From the NCBI GenBank assembly GCA_030141605.1, contig JAQGDQ010000118.1:372001-436000 (forward strand): a stretch of 64,000 nt of DNA. The letters run 5' to 3'. Of this stretch, positions 14,891 to 28,000 are shown piece by piece (position 1 is the first letter of the stretch; the number at the start of each line of letters is the position of its first letter). Source of the stretch: Tubiluchus corallicola. Taxonomy: Eukaryota > Animalia > Priapulida. Below the pieces are notes generated by a model that was not told the origin of the DNA, did not search any database, and saw only the letters and a list, made by a program, of their open reading frames with translations. Made by a program: the position numbers and the translations under genes.

Positions 14891-14966
14891 TTTAATCTAT
14901 TAAATTTGCCTTTTGATTTCACAAATGTACATTATTAAGCCTAAAAGGCAAATTTAGTAGATTAAA
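14891..14966. repeat. 24-bp inverted repeat (hairpin)
   Basis: TTTAATCTATTAAATTTGCCTTTT (14891-14914) matches the reverse complement of 14943-14966 at 23/24 positions, with a 28-nt spacer. Confidence 0.9.
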
Positions 14967-16798
14967 GATTCCATTGCTATCATAATATACCTCAAATACT
15001 GTTTTGCTTAGCATTGTAATCACTAGTGTCTTAGCTATTATTAGCTGTATCTTAATTAAACTATCTGTATGTTATTTAATGTGTCCACCTATTGTTTAAT
15101 TTGTGATAGATAGATAGGTGCAAAACTGGTATACTTTTGCAGGAGAGCTGCTTTATTGATGATCCTGAAATAAATAAATAAATATGTTTATAAAAAAGAA
15201 AAAAAATTACATATTTCAGTTTGTGTAGAAAACGCTTTTTACCCTTTTACCAACGCAACTTAGCCTTTGGCTTCAGTAATAACTTTCCTTAATTTTATGA
15301 GACATCACACGATCTTCATTTATATGGTTTCAGTTTTACCACCCTACAAACTTCTAAAATGTTTGCGAAACCGATTATTAAAGCAAATAAAATGGCTTTA
15401 TTTTAAATTAATTATTCTTAGATTTTCACTCGATTAATTTAAAAGTGAAATCATTTAGGCTTACAGTCTCTTGTTCTACATTTCTATATTTGTAATTATT
15501 GACATACAATTTAAGAATTGATCAGCTTGGTTTAATAGAGGGTCAGGGCCGGCATGTTCCATGCTGGCATTTTCATTGTATTGCCTGCATGATGTAAAAT
15601 GCATATAGACTAGTAGTTCATTCAGCAAAACTTCATCACACGAACACCGAAAATAACTCTTATTCAAGCTCTTTTACCAAACTTGTCAAAAAGTTTGTTT
15701 TTTGCTCTAAGATTGTTTATATTCTATTCACTTTTTGGATTATTTGAAAAGCCAAAGTCGGCTAGTGCTTTACTGGACAATTACAGACACACAAAGACAC
15801 ACAACTACTATAGAATATTCTATTGTCTGTGCTGTAAAGAAAGTACCGAAGATCCGTCAGGAGCCGACATCTTGACTACCTGGTGTATTGATAGGAGCTG
15901 ACGAAGCGGTGAGCAAGTAAACTCGTCAAGGTAACACTTATCAAAGCAAATTTAAACTGCGAAAAAAGGTGAAAGTTGTTCAGTGTGGAAGCATTTGAAA
16001 GAATGGATGGATCGAAATCACTCGAACGGACGAGAGCAGAAGGGAACAGCAAAGAAGAAAAACGACACGGAATTATTAGAATGCGCAGCATAATGAGTTT
16101 ACCCTTAACAAAACTGACTGAGTTCAGACCAGTCTAAATCCGATTGCATGACCATGCTTATTAATTGGCTGTGGCTGTTTCATTGCGGTTTTACTCACGT
16201 GTTACTGAGCAGTTTTCATTCATTTTTACACTTATCTAGAGTCCATAAGCAATTCCAGCTTTTTAACCACTGTTTGAGGCCTTATCAAATATTTATGTAT
16301 TTATCTAACATTTTTGTGACTGTATACGCTTTTCGTGCTCAATGTTATGACTCAATGTCTTGCAAAAATTTTGGAAAAAATCAGCGTATGGGTTCTCTTA
16401 CAACCCGCTGCTCGCGGTTTAAAAATTGTGAAAAAGTGAAAAGCCAATAGTCTTCAAAATTACTTGCTATACAATCCGAAAAATGGTCACACGAAGTTTA
16501 GATGGTCGGCTGTAAAATAATTTTGATCATGTTTTAGAAGATCCATGCGTCCGCTGTCCAAAAATAACGATGCTTCGTAATACCTTGTACAAGCACTTAA
16601 CGAGCCGATGTACTGAGAGATACTTTTTTCTTAAATTAATTTCTTAAATTTAGCTGAGATTTTAAAAGTCTTAAACCTGTTATTAATATTGTTTGCCTCC
16701 AAAGAATTTTACTAGAAATCAATATGAAAATTTTACTAGAAAATAAAAATGCAGGAAAGGTAAAATAAAATAAGAAAGTTGAAATATAAAATAGCTGC

Positions 16799-17129
16799 CT
16801 AATTACAATGCATCTGGGACGTTCTTGATGATCGTTGGGATGCAGGAGAATCATTTAGAAACATTTTTGCAACTCTGGGTGAATCTCTAAAATCAATTAC
16901 ACGCTCAAAATTATCATCACACACATTTTGTGAGTGTACCGAATTAACACGTGCAGTAAACGTCAGCGAACGCCATACATTTATCACTCATTAGTACTGC
17001 TTCATCCTGAAAATAATTCCCTACAATTATGTCTATAGGATTCAAAGCCATCCTGCTAATGACAGCTATCGTCTGTTGAGCTATTATGAAATTCCAAGTG
17101 GTCGCATAGGAGCTGCAAGTCGCGGCCAA
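16799..17129 (-). mobile_element. possible decayed LINE ORF1 (RRM-like) fragment
   Basis: AVISRMALNPIDIIVGNYF...WRSLTFTARVNSVHSQNVCDDNF loosely resembles the LFVSRL.P......YL...SFKV.V......D..FWP pattern of CR1/L2 ORF1 C-termini. Frameshifted and weak. Confidence 0.3.
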
Positions 17130-17562
17130 ATGAAATTATTTCTGATAGCCAGAGAAATTTCTTCAGTAATATGTGACGACTTAGATGACTGACTAATAAT
17201 GACGTTTGCAACGGCTATTTGTGGGTTGGTAGTATCAGTTGTAAAAGAAGGTACAGTTATTTTGATTTCAGATCACACTACATCCGTCTGAGGAACTTTA
17301 ATTCACGAATTTCACTGTGCTGTTTGCTACACAAAATGGGGCACTATATGGTAATGAGATTACTTATATGACAGACACTTAATATTTAGCAACTTGAACC
17401 TGGGCACTTGGTTACTACAGTGATAGTGTACTTATCGCTCTGCACTGATAAACTGTATAGATGTAGTCTGTCACTTAAATTACTGACTCAGTAACTGGGT
17501 ATTTAATAAATTGGCACTTAGTAACAGGAAACTTGATGTTGTTGAATATTTGAAGGCGTTAT

Positions 17563-17705
17563 AGTAAGTAAGTGAGTAAGTAAGTAAGTAAGTAAGTAGG
17601 TAGGTAAGTAAGTAGATAAATAAGTAAGTAAATAAGTAAGTTAGCAAGTAAGTGAGTGAGTGAGTGAGTGAGTGAGTGAGCGAACGAGCGAGCGAGCGAG
17701 CAAGC

Positions 17706-17787
<82 letters not shown>

Positions 17788-17805
17788 CTAAGTAAGTGAG
17801 TAAGC
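17563..17805. repeat. compound (AAGT)n/(GAGT)n/(GAGC)n tetranucleotide microsatellite
   Basis: Direct reading. Confidence 0.98.
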
Positions 17806-18650
17806 AGTAAATCATCCTTTATTTCATATATAAAGCAAGTGATCATTTTGTAAGTATCACTTCGCCCATTAGCCGAAGTGAACAAAATTAGGCAGTTTGT
17901 ATATCTCACAAGTGGTAAACGGGCCATTGGTAACAGGACCAATGGCTAGCTTGATATTCTGTAATGCACCACACGCTACAGTCACCAGGTGGTGGTGGCA
18001 GAAAACATAACGGGCATTAGTTTGTCATTTATAGCCTAATCATTAGGCTCTAATGTAAAAAGTCAATGTCTAAAGGACGTACCACGTGTGCCACACAGAC
18101 TATCAGGTTTCATTCATCAATCTATCAAATATGTGCGAACATTCTAAGTAGTGTCTTATTACCAGCGTCATCATTGCGTTTTACTACACGTGCACTTAAC
18201 ATTAAATGACGAACGCAAATTTGATGTTTATGACAAGAATAGACGAGCGATCTAACTTTCTATTACGTCGCACTTTAAGACTGAGTTATTCCCACCGGTT
18301 ATTTTGTACTTGTGTTTTTCCCTTGAGATTGTAATTTTTGTTGTTATTTAAACTAATAAAAGTTATAGTGTGTTGCTATTTTGATTTCCGGCCACACTGC
18401 ATCCATCTGCGGAAATTTCGAATTTTTGCTACTGAAAAAGAGCCACTACATGGTAATGAGATTACCTAGATACGTAATATGCCATATGCGTATTTACTTT
18501 AATAATATAAAAAATACCCCAATACCGTCATTTAGTCAGATTATGATAGTGATTACCAGAGACTTTATAAACCGTTGCAATTTATTTTTAACAATTATTA
18601 CCCATTGCAGGTAATGAGTTGGAGAAAGAAAGGAGACGCTGAAATTTTGT

Positions 18651-18715
18651 GGATCTAATCGGGATTTGAACCCGAGACCTCGGATTACATGCCCTGCCAG
18701 CTGAGTTACTAGTTC
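18651..18715 (-). pseudogene. tRNA-derived sequence (pseudo-tRNA or SINE head)
   Basis: Minus strand reads GAACTAG TA ACTC AGCTGGCA GGGC A TGTAATCCG AGGTC TCGGG TTCAAAT CCCGA TTAGATCC. It has an A-box-like D-arm, a perfect 5-bp T-stem with B-box and an imperfect acceptor stem. The 5' half of the anticodon arm is missing. Confidence 0.7.
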
Positions 18716-19560
18716 GACGTGGCAGAGCAGGCCCTAGATTTCCTCCGTGTAGCACACAATCCAGCAGCGCCCCCCTGTACCCAGACAGATGGGGATACTT
18801 ATAGAATCAACCTACCAATATTAGCAGTAAATTACGTGATTTTGTTCTTTTTCTTTCTTAGTCTTGGTATGAAGATAATCTACAGCTTTGGTTGAAACGT
18901 CGTGTTTTTCCTTGATTTTTTTTATAATGGGATTTTTTCCACTAAATCACTAAACACGAAACCAAGTCTACGTAAGAAGCACAAGACATTTGCAATCAAA
19001 TGTTCAAAAAGCCCCAATGTTTTGCAAATTCTGGAACCGCCGCCTGATTAGCCACTTTAGGGCAGACGTGACATTTATGACAACAAACTTGAAGTAATGG
19101 ACGCCGTTGTTGAGCAAAATTGCAAGACAAGTGAACGTGATTACGCCGTACCATGCAAGTCTCGCGTAAAGTGGCGCTAGCGGTCCCTCAAGTGCCCGGA
19201 TGCACTGTGATTTGTGAGCGATTGCATGCACATTTTTAGCGAAATTCCCAATCACAGGCCACAAGTTTCCTGATAGTCTGACAAGTTGTGCAACCCTGAT
19301 GAGAACAAATGAGTTTACAGTTGATTGAAATTTCCCAACATGGCTGAACCGTAATGGAAGGCGGATCCAAGTATCAAGATGAGATAAAGGCTAGCATTAA
19401 ATCTAGAAAAATCATTTTTGTTCTGACTATTACTAAAAACAAAATTTTAGTAATAACGTATTAATTGACATTGTTTTGCATCTCATTAAAACACTAATAA
19501 ACTTTACATGTATATATAAACGACGCAAGAAATGTAGTACTGACTTACTTAAAAACATAA

Positions 19561-19589
19561 TTTCGACTCCCATAACGAGTCATCGTCAG
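19561..19589 (-). ncRNA. hammerhead ribozyme-like core (probably a Penelope-like pLTR remnant)
   Basis: Minus strand CTGACGA-T-GACTC-gttatgg-GAGTC-GAAA has intact core boxes and a perfect 5-bp stem II. Stems I and III are not convincing. Confidence 0.55.
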
Positions 19590-19621
19590 ATGTTGATTAA
19601 CAAATTCTTTTAAAAAATAGA

Positions 19622-19652
19622 CTGATGATGATTCCCATTATGGGACTAGAAA
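19622..19652 (+). ncRNA. degenerate hammerhead ribozyme-like core, inverted copy
   Basis: CTGATGA-T-GATTCCCATTATGGGACTA-GAAA is alignable with the minus-strand copy 32 bp away; the outer stem II pairs are decayed. Confidence 0.45.
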
Positions 19653-20169
19653 TAATATAGCAAATACATTTAACAAATGTAAACAAAACTATTTTATAAT
19701 AAACTCAATAGACTTTTCGTTATCAATCTCAAATAATTAAATATTCTGTTTTCTTTTTTTCTCGAAACCTGATGAATTTTTCAAGATTTCTGTGTGTGCA
19801 AGTGTTTCAAACCAATCAACTAGTTATAAAACTCCATGACGTATTACATGTAGGATTATTTTATCCCTAAACAAGTTAACACCGACTTTTCTGTTATCTT
19901 TCCAAATTTTGGTGCTAGAGCTGGATGATCAAAATTACTCACTGTCTAAGTAATTGGTCGAAATTCATTAAACAAACAACCGATTTGTGAAGCCGTGCTA
20001 AGTGAGTGTAAAGTACCACAAATTTTGTATTTTCGAATATCATATTATATATACGGGCATCCCACTTTCTGGCCTGTTCTTAACCACATCTGTAAGATAC
20101 CTCCCATTTAAAACTTCACAGAACAAGGCCAATCTACAAATCCTCTAGTCAAGAAAATACACCGAGTTT

Positions 20170-20717
20170 AAACCGGGGTTTCATGGGATTCTCGACTTCG
20201 GCGACAATCTAAAAACTTCTAACTCCGACAATCGCCAAATGCGCTCCAAAGATTCCCCAAATAGTCATAAAACATTCACGGTTGTTCGCCGCTGTCGCCA
20301 AACTAACGTAAATACGTCGCCAATTATTCGTGACGTTCGTCAGCAATTTCTAAATTCGCGAAAACTTGGAAAACATTTTGAGACAATTTTGAAAATGCTG
20401 CGACGAATTTGCGGCTATTTTTCAACATTTTGGTGACATTTTGGAGAAGCTCGTTTGTCTCGCTCTTCTTTCCGGTAAAATTCTGTGTTGAAATGATCAC
20501 AATATGCTCGCGAGTTTGGTAGCTTAGTAGCGTAAGTTACGACACATGCGCCAACGACAATGTCGTACAAATTTCGTGCCATTTTCACCAGAGAAAAAAC
20601 ACGAGATTCGCATAAAGTGGCACAATCGTGAAAATCATTAGAACTTCGCACGATTGTTTGCGGCGTGGGCAACAATTTTTGGCGATTTTTGGACTTACGC
20701 CCAAGACGCAACCCCTT
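20170..20717. mobile_element. old MITE-like element (imperfect terminal and subterminal inverted repeats)
   Basis: CpG-rich island with repeated TCGCC/GCGA motifs. AATCGCCAAA (20230-20239) is inverted at 20678-20687, and the ends read GGGGTT.../...AACCCC. Confidence 0.45.
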
Positions 20718-23700
20718 GAATAACAATCACTAATTAAAATTGGCCTCAACTAAATCGTGAAAGATAATTTGTATATAATTTCCGCTTAATGATAATTTCG
20801 CACGCATTAAAATCGAAAAGTGAAGAGAGAAAAAGAAAACAAGGATAGATGAGAGACGGTAACACCATTACTCTAAATTTTTCGAAGCATGGTCTTACCA
20901 AAATCACGCCTTAAACTAATGAATACTGCACCTATTGTAAGTTCATCATTTTATCACTATGGATTTTTCTTATAATTTTTTCATCTGGTGAAAACACAAA
21001 GTTACGTCATAAAATCTATTATAGATGATGCAAAAAAGCTTCAATGATTAATAGACCATTTACAAACTAGTATTATATCGGGATTTGACTTCGTAACCGC
21101 ATTATTTGCAGACCAACGTAACTCTTGTTCCGCCATCCAAATAAAAGAGGTCATAGCTTAGTTTTTTAATCAAATTAAACAAACTAAACGAGATTAATCA
21201 AATTTTTAATCACACAGTAATTTATGTATATTATATAATAATAATAATGTTATAACAATATATAATAATGATTATATAATGCGAATTTTTATTAGTTTTA
21301 GTCGTTCTCAAAATGTTATTGAAATCGTCTTCGTTCCTACTAGTTTGAGGAGCTGTTACGCTTTGTAGGTATTACATATTTATACCTAGCTCTTGCGCAC
21401 TGCATTTCAGCAAAAATGACACCGCCTTTTGATTTGCCCGTGCTTATACCTATAGCTTATGACGATCACGAAATATTTTTGATAATTCAGTTAATCCATC
21501 GTCCCACCAATTCTTAGCGCCCTGACCAGAAAACGTAAAGGATATAGTCTTGTTTGCAGTTTCTCTCAGAGAATAAACAATATTATATAAGATGCTGTTC
21601 ATTGACAGATTGTAATGAGCAACAATTAGTTAGTTCTCTGGATGTTACAAGGTCGCCTAACATTACCATTATGCTACATCTATGTTTTTGCGTATTATTT
21701 GCCTTAGTAAAATTGACCAGTTTCTTATTCCTGCGTTTCACTGAGGTCATTATTTTAACTTTCAGGTTTAAATCAACAAACACAGGTAAATGATCTAATA
21801 AGTTTTTACCTGATTCATAAACAAAGGCACCAGTAACATTATCTACGGGCGATCTCGCGGATAGAGCATGATCTATCCAAGAAAAACGTTGCTTATCCGT
21901 CTGATAAAAAAGTATGGAAATTATTACAAGTAAATAAGCTATTTACTACACACGAGTTGTTAGTCAGACAATAATTAAGCAAAATACGACCAGATCTATT
22001 ACAAGCTTCAGCCTCATTTGCGTTCGCCTAGAATTCACAAAAATTAAAAGTTTTTCGTTGGTTATTTTTAAAATAAAATTATGTATTACTGGTAGACATG
22101 CTGGGTATCCTATAAAACTTTGATCGATTTCGTAACCAAGTGGCATGTAACAGTATTTAAGTATAATTTCGTGGTCAACTAGTTCAACTTTAATATTAGT
22201 GAAAACGTTGTTACTCAATACTAGCTTTTTAATACAGTTGTCAATCGTTTTTCCATAAAATTGAATTAGCCGTTACACTGAATTGATATTTATTTGGCAG
22301 TTGATTTTTGTTATCAACTGAGAGGGCGCTAACCAGAGTTCTCGCAAAAACAATATGCCGCACATTTGAAGCATCCTTGTAAATTATTTGTATTGGCAGT
22401 TTCTGGTATTTTGAAGGTCAAGATTTGAATTTCATAATTGCTTATATTGGTTTCAGAGTCCAAAAAATCTGCAAGGTGTACTTTGCTTGTCTTAGTTGAC
22501 AAATGACTAACAAATAAATTGGCTGGGAAGTTTATTCATTTCTAGCGGTAACCAGAATTGTTCTTGTAGCAGTTTTTAAATAATTCTGCTTTTTATTTGT
22601 CTTGGACAACAGGCTTTAAAATGGTAATAGTAAATTGACTGAAAATTCAAGGTTTGCAAGTCAAGTGCTGTCCTTTTGAAAAAAACAAGTCCAACCATTT
22701 GGAGCTTCAAGGCGCTGTGTCGCTGTAGCTGTACATCATCATCCTGCTTTTGGTATTTTGCTCATTCAATGAATTAAAAAATATTCCGTTGAAAGTCAGT
22801 GAGTGAAAGCACCTTGACCCGTTCACAGTTCCAAAAGGGAGGCTTGCGGGTTTACTTTGCTGCAAGTAAATATAAACTGAAGGAAAGGACAAAATACGTG
22901 CTTCTTGGTATTCTGACTGCTAATCTTACTTAACGCTTTGGTTATGAATTACAAGAAATAGGCAACATATTGCCACCAGCCAGAATCTGCTTGTTACCTT
23001 TGCTAAAGCAGCATGAGCAGTCATCATTCTTGCTTTAATTCTTTAAATTCACTTAATATAAAATTTAGGAACTAATTCCTTGAAACTCCAAGAATTAGCC
23101 CGTTTTTATTTCAGTTGCTTTGAATAGCATTACAGTAATATCGCGATTTCTTTTAGCTATAATAATTTTATATTTAGTGAAAATTTGCAAAACAAGAGAA
23201 ACCGCCTTTTCGACTCTAGAGAAAAGTCCATAGTCCATTAACTTAGAAATTTCGTTTTTTGGTGTGAGTAAATTACATTACTGATCCTTGCAACATCATT
23301 GGGGGAAACGCACAGACACTTACAAAAAACCCTTGACAGATGATGATTGCATTGCGATACGCGAGGCGCAAAATCTATAGACCAACTTGCTGCAATCCCC
23401 CAACCCATATCACTTAAGACGAAGAAAATTTGCCAATTTATCAGATTACAACAAATGGACAACAAGTTTCCTGTTTCATATTTTTTACACAAGGGACGAA
23501 CTAAGTGGTCAGAGTGGCCTTAAAGATGATAACAGCATTAATACAGCTTAATATGAATTAGCCGAGAGAGGCAGACATGCCAGCTATGTTCAGATGGCGT
23601 CGCGATTTGATTGTTCGGCCAACGTTGGCATCGCTCTTGTCATCAATATAGGTTTCAGTAGAAATATGCGAAAGTGATAGATTTTGATAGTTCCATTGTT

Positions 23701-23797
23701 GTTGTTTTTCTATACAACTCGAAAAGTTGGACTCAGTGTTCAATAACAAGACCTACTTATTTAATTATATTTGTTATTTATTTGCTAATATATTTAT

Positions 23798-24144
<347 letters not shown>

Positions 24145-24669
24145 TTCTAATTATAAAAAGTTCCATTTTATGGCTACCAGGGCAGCATAAATGTTGCGTT
24201 ACTTGAACGTATTTGAAATGAGTTCTTAATAAATACTAACATTAAATACTATATAGACGGCTGCGTTAACCAGAAGCTAGTTAATGATATATATATTAAT
24301 TATTAATAATCCTTTACTAAGATGAAACGTTGAACCGGCAGAAATATCTTAGTCACGTTCGGATCCGTTTACAGCCTCTCACGATGAGGAAAACAGCAGC
24401 AGCAAAGAAAACTAAATGCAAGTATTTTTCCTGTTAGTCACTCATCCACCTACTAATCAAACTGGACGTTAAATAACGTGGCCATCTAGATATTCCCCTC
24501 ACGAAGGTACAAGAAATGGGCGCAAATGCGTGATTCTTGTGAGCAAAAAGAGGTTCTTACCTTTCTGTGCGATAGCAAAACCCAAACCCTTTTTAAGATT
24601 GATTGTCATCCGAGTTTTTACTTTGTAACGTTATTTTTTGAAAGAGTATTTTTGTGTGATTTTATATCA

Positions 24670-24831
24670 CTTTACTATTTTACTTTACTTTACTTTTCTT
24701 TTCTTTTCTTTTCTTTTCTTTTCTTTTCTTTTCTTTTCTTTTCTTTTCTTTTCTTTTCTTTTCTTTTCTTTTCTTTTCTTTTCTTTTCTTTTCTTTTCTT
24801 TTCTTTTCTTTTCTTTTCTTTTCTTTTCTTT
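24670..24831. repeat. (TTTTC)n pentanucleotide microsatellite
   Basis: Direct reading. Confidence 0.98.
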
Positions 24832-25305
24832 GTTCTTTTATTTTATTTAGTTTCATTTGTTCCACCTAGTTTCATTTATTTTTCTCCGTAGTTTAACAAT
24901 GCAATAGAGGTGTACGTAGAGATATCTTAACTAAGTTACAGTCTTTTTGAGAAGATACAGTAAGCGAGATACAGCAAATGCTTCGGAGAAAATAGTAAAT
25001 GAAGCCAGACGGAACAAATCGGATCATCGTCGCCGTCGTTATCGTCCTTAAATCGTAAATATGGTCTTTATTCTAGTCCTGCATAACGACACACACACAC
25101 GCACGCACACACAACACAGAATACGCAGTAGGCTAATTACCTAACATGAGATGTTTGTATTCGCCCTAACGCTATAATTATAATTTTAGAAAAGGCATGC
25201 TGCTGTCACACATTACAATTCGTTCGACTTTTAGAAAGAAGCAGAAACACTTTAACGAAACTGAAAATTATTGTCTCAAGCACTATCATTTGAACACTTG
25301 AACAT

Positions 25306-25354
<49 letters not shown>

Positions 25355-25395
25355 ACTGCTGTTGTTGTTGTTGCTACTGCTGCTGCTGGCTGCTG

Positions 25396-25484
<89 letters not shown>

Positions 25485-25485
25485 G

Positions 25486-25519
<34 letters not shown>

Positions 25520-25522
25520 TAT
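25306..25522. repeat. compound trinucleotide microsatellite (ACT)(GCT)(GTT)(ACT)(ATC)
   Basis: Direct reading; flanked by the 13-bp direct repeat CACTTGAACATTA. Confidence 0.98.
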
Positions 25523-26576
25523 CACTTGAACATTATTTTTAATGTTCTTTTCATATTGCAGATGCACTATGCTTACTGTTTATTTCTTTCACTGTTTATT
25601 TCGTTCAGGTTACTTTCTGTTATCTTAAAACCTGAACCAGTTAGTCAGTTAATAGTAAGACACCGTAGAAAATCTGAAATTTTGATATTGATATGATTTC
25701 TAGGCTGATATTTTGAATCATTGGCATGACGGCGATAGTATTGAAATAAATCATGGCATTCATAAGCCAGCGCTTAATGCGAAACACTTTAATACGTCTA
25801 GTTAGAGTTAACGCGTTTGACAAGTGACAAACAACTATTCATTTACTTTGGCGCGGAAAATGAAAATGGGCATGAGTTCAAGTGATCACTGTTTATTATA
25901 GAGCAAATCAGTGATCAGCATCTGTTCAGTAATAGGGCTTAATCACCTGAAAAATCTGGCAGACGTCAGGTCTCACCCTTTATTATTTCATACTTTGTAC
26001 TTTAATTAATATACTGAAGTTGCCATTGACATCCAGTTGGTAAAATTATGGCTCAGGAGGCATAAAACTGAGCCTTAATTAGTCGAATAATTTGCATATA
26101 TGCCACTAGTTCATTAAAATTGCCGTCAATGGATGGTTATTGATGTGTGAAATTACATACATTTGAATTCATTATAGTAAAAGTAACTAAAAGTTTTATT
26201 AGCAAACTAATATTTCACATATTAACGTTATTTTAATGTTATTCAAAACGTATTTTGGCCTATAAATATAACATAATGGTGACAAGAACAAAATGGAAAT
26301 AAATATTGAGACAATTATGAATGCACAGACCAGAAACCACAGAAATGGTCTGTCATTTCGGGTCGACATTTAGGCTTTTTAACACAGCTTTGTTGTTAGC
26401 TGTTACTGGTCGAAATTTGACTCTTCTATATACTTAATAAACATTCTAAATTATTCAATGCCGCATATTCTTGTAATAATATGGCAGTATTTTTTATTAG
26501 GCTGTTCGTTGATAATTTAATTGGCAAAAAACAGAACAAAAAAGACACTATTGCCGATAATAATGACTTCAGTGAA

Positions 26577-26835
26577 ATGATGATGATTACGGTGATAGTG
26601 ATGATGATGATGATGACGATTTTGATGACGACGACGACGATGATGTCATCACAATAGCACTATTACCGGCATCTAGCACAACGAGACAATTAATTATAGG
26701 TGCAAAAATGATAATGGAGGCGATGATCATGGCAAAGACAACGACTGCAACTGCAGTAGTGACAATGACAACGAATACGGCGATGACAACAATCATAATA
26801 ATGACGCAGAGGAGGAAGAGGAGAAAGAAAACGAT
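26577..26835. repeat. degenerate (GAT/GAC/AAT)n low-complexity region
   Basis: Direct reading. Confidence 0.8.
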
Positions 26836-27849
26836 GGAGATAACAAAATCAGAGGCTGTTAGTTTTCGATGATAGTACGGCTGCAGTAATCCAGGCACAA
26901 ATATAGGCAATTAGATATAGATGTAAAAGGAACTGCTATAGTTTCAGAATCTTCACAAAGAGTAAAATTAGGAACTGTATACGACGCTTATTGCAATTCA
27001 AAAAACCGTTCAACTGCAAAATTCTGTTTAAAGCATTATAATTCAGAAGAAAAGCTACCACCGAATAGCTCCTGGGTTAGTAGAAAGCAGAACTATAAAA
27101 CTTTATTGTTATAGATGTGATAAGTTTCATCAATAAAATCATATAGAAACCAATCGGTGCCACAAGACCTTTATGAGATCAATAATTATGCTGTTTGAAA
27201 AGGAGCTGATGGCTAAAAATACACGATTATGATCCTTTTACGGTAGCTATAAAAAAGGTGCAACACCCCAAACCTTGGCTTAACCCTATATGTTCAAATC
27301 CAGAACCTATTAATCAACTTGAAGTCGTATTGAATAGATGTTAGGAAGATTAATTAGCTTAATTACAATTGTATAGCAGAAAAATAAAAAGTAAAAGCCC
27401 TCTGTGATATAGGTTTACATGTACATTGGTAACCGTTACAATGCTGACAAAAAACAAAGTACAAGAAAGAAATCGAGGAGATCTAGAAAAAACAAGAAGA
27501 GAATCTATCAAAAAAGGATGATGATGAAAAAAAGGAGATAGACAAGAAGAAAAACATGCTGACGATAGCGATGGCAATGCTACTGATACTGCAAATATTG
27601 ATTTTTTAAAATTTTTACGCACCTCGGCACACTGCAAGCTTGAATCCAGCACTGAATGGCGGGACTCACATAATGTGGGTTAGTTGTGGTGGGACTGGAA
27701 ACTAGCTCATTATTCTAATTTTCTAAGATGAGAGACTGAACTGACAGAGGTACAGGCAACAGTTGAATGTCACTCATGCCTGAATGCAGTCAGTATGGCA
27801 GTCAGGCATTGCTTAACTTCAGTCTCTAAAAGCATATCTATAATCAACC

Positions 27850-28000
27850 CAACAACCACGACGATAATGATGATGATGATGATGACGACGACGACGATGA
27901 TGACGACAAGGACGACGATGACAATGATGATGATGATAATGATGCTGATGAAATCGGCGATGACACTAATAATGATGAAATCGACGATGACGCTGATAAT
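27850..28000. repeat. (GAT/GAC)n microsatellite
   Basis: Direct reading. Confidence 0.92.

Noticed and set aside
18651-18715. Functional tRNA gene
   Set aside because: Half of the anticodon arm is missing and the acceptor and D stems have mismatches.
19004-19264. ORF with RRRFQN as a homeobox
   Set aside because: No WFQNRR or helix 1-2 residues. The region ends in GCAACCCTG and looks more like a hAT-type fragment.
21766-21785. Isolated microexon-like signal (ttcag...CAG|gtaaat); similar signals at 1548-1599 (+) and about 28377-28401 (-)
   Set aside because: No recognisable peptide or partner exons; such pairs are expected by chance in 39 kb.
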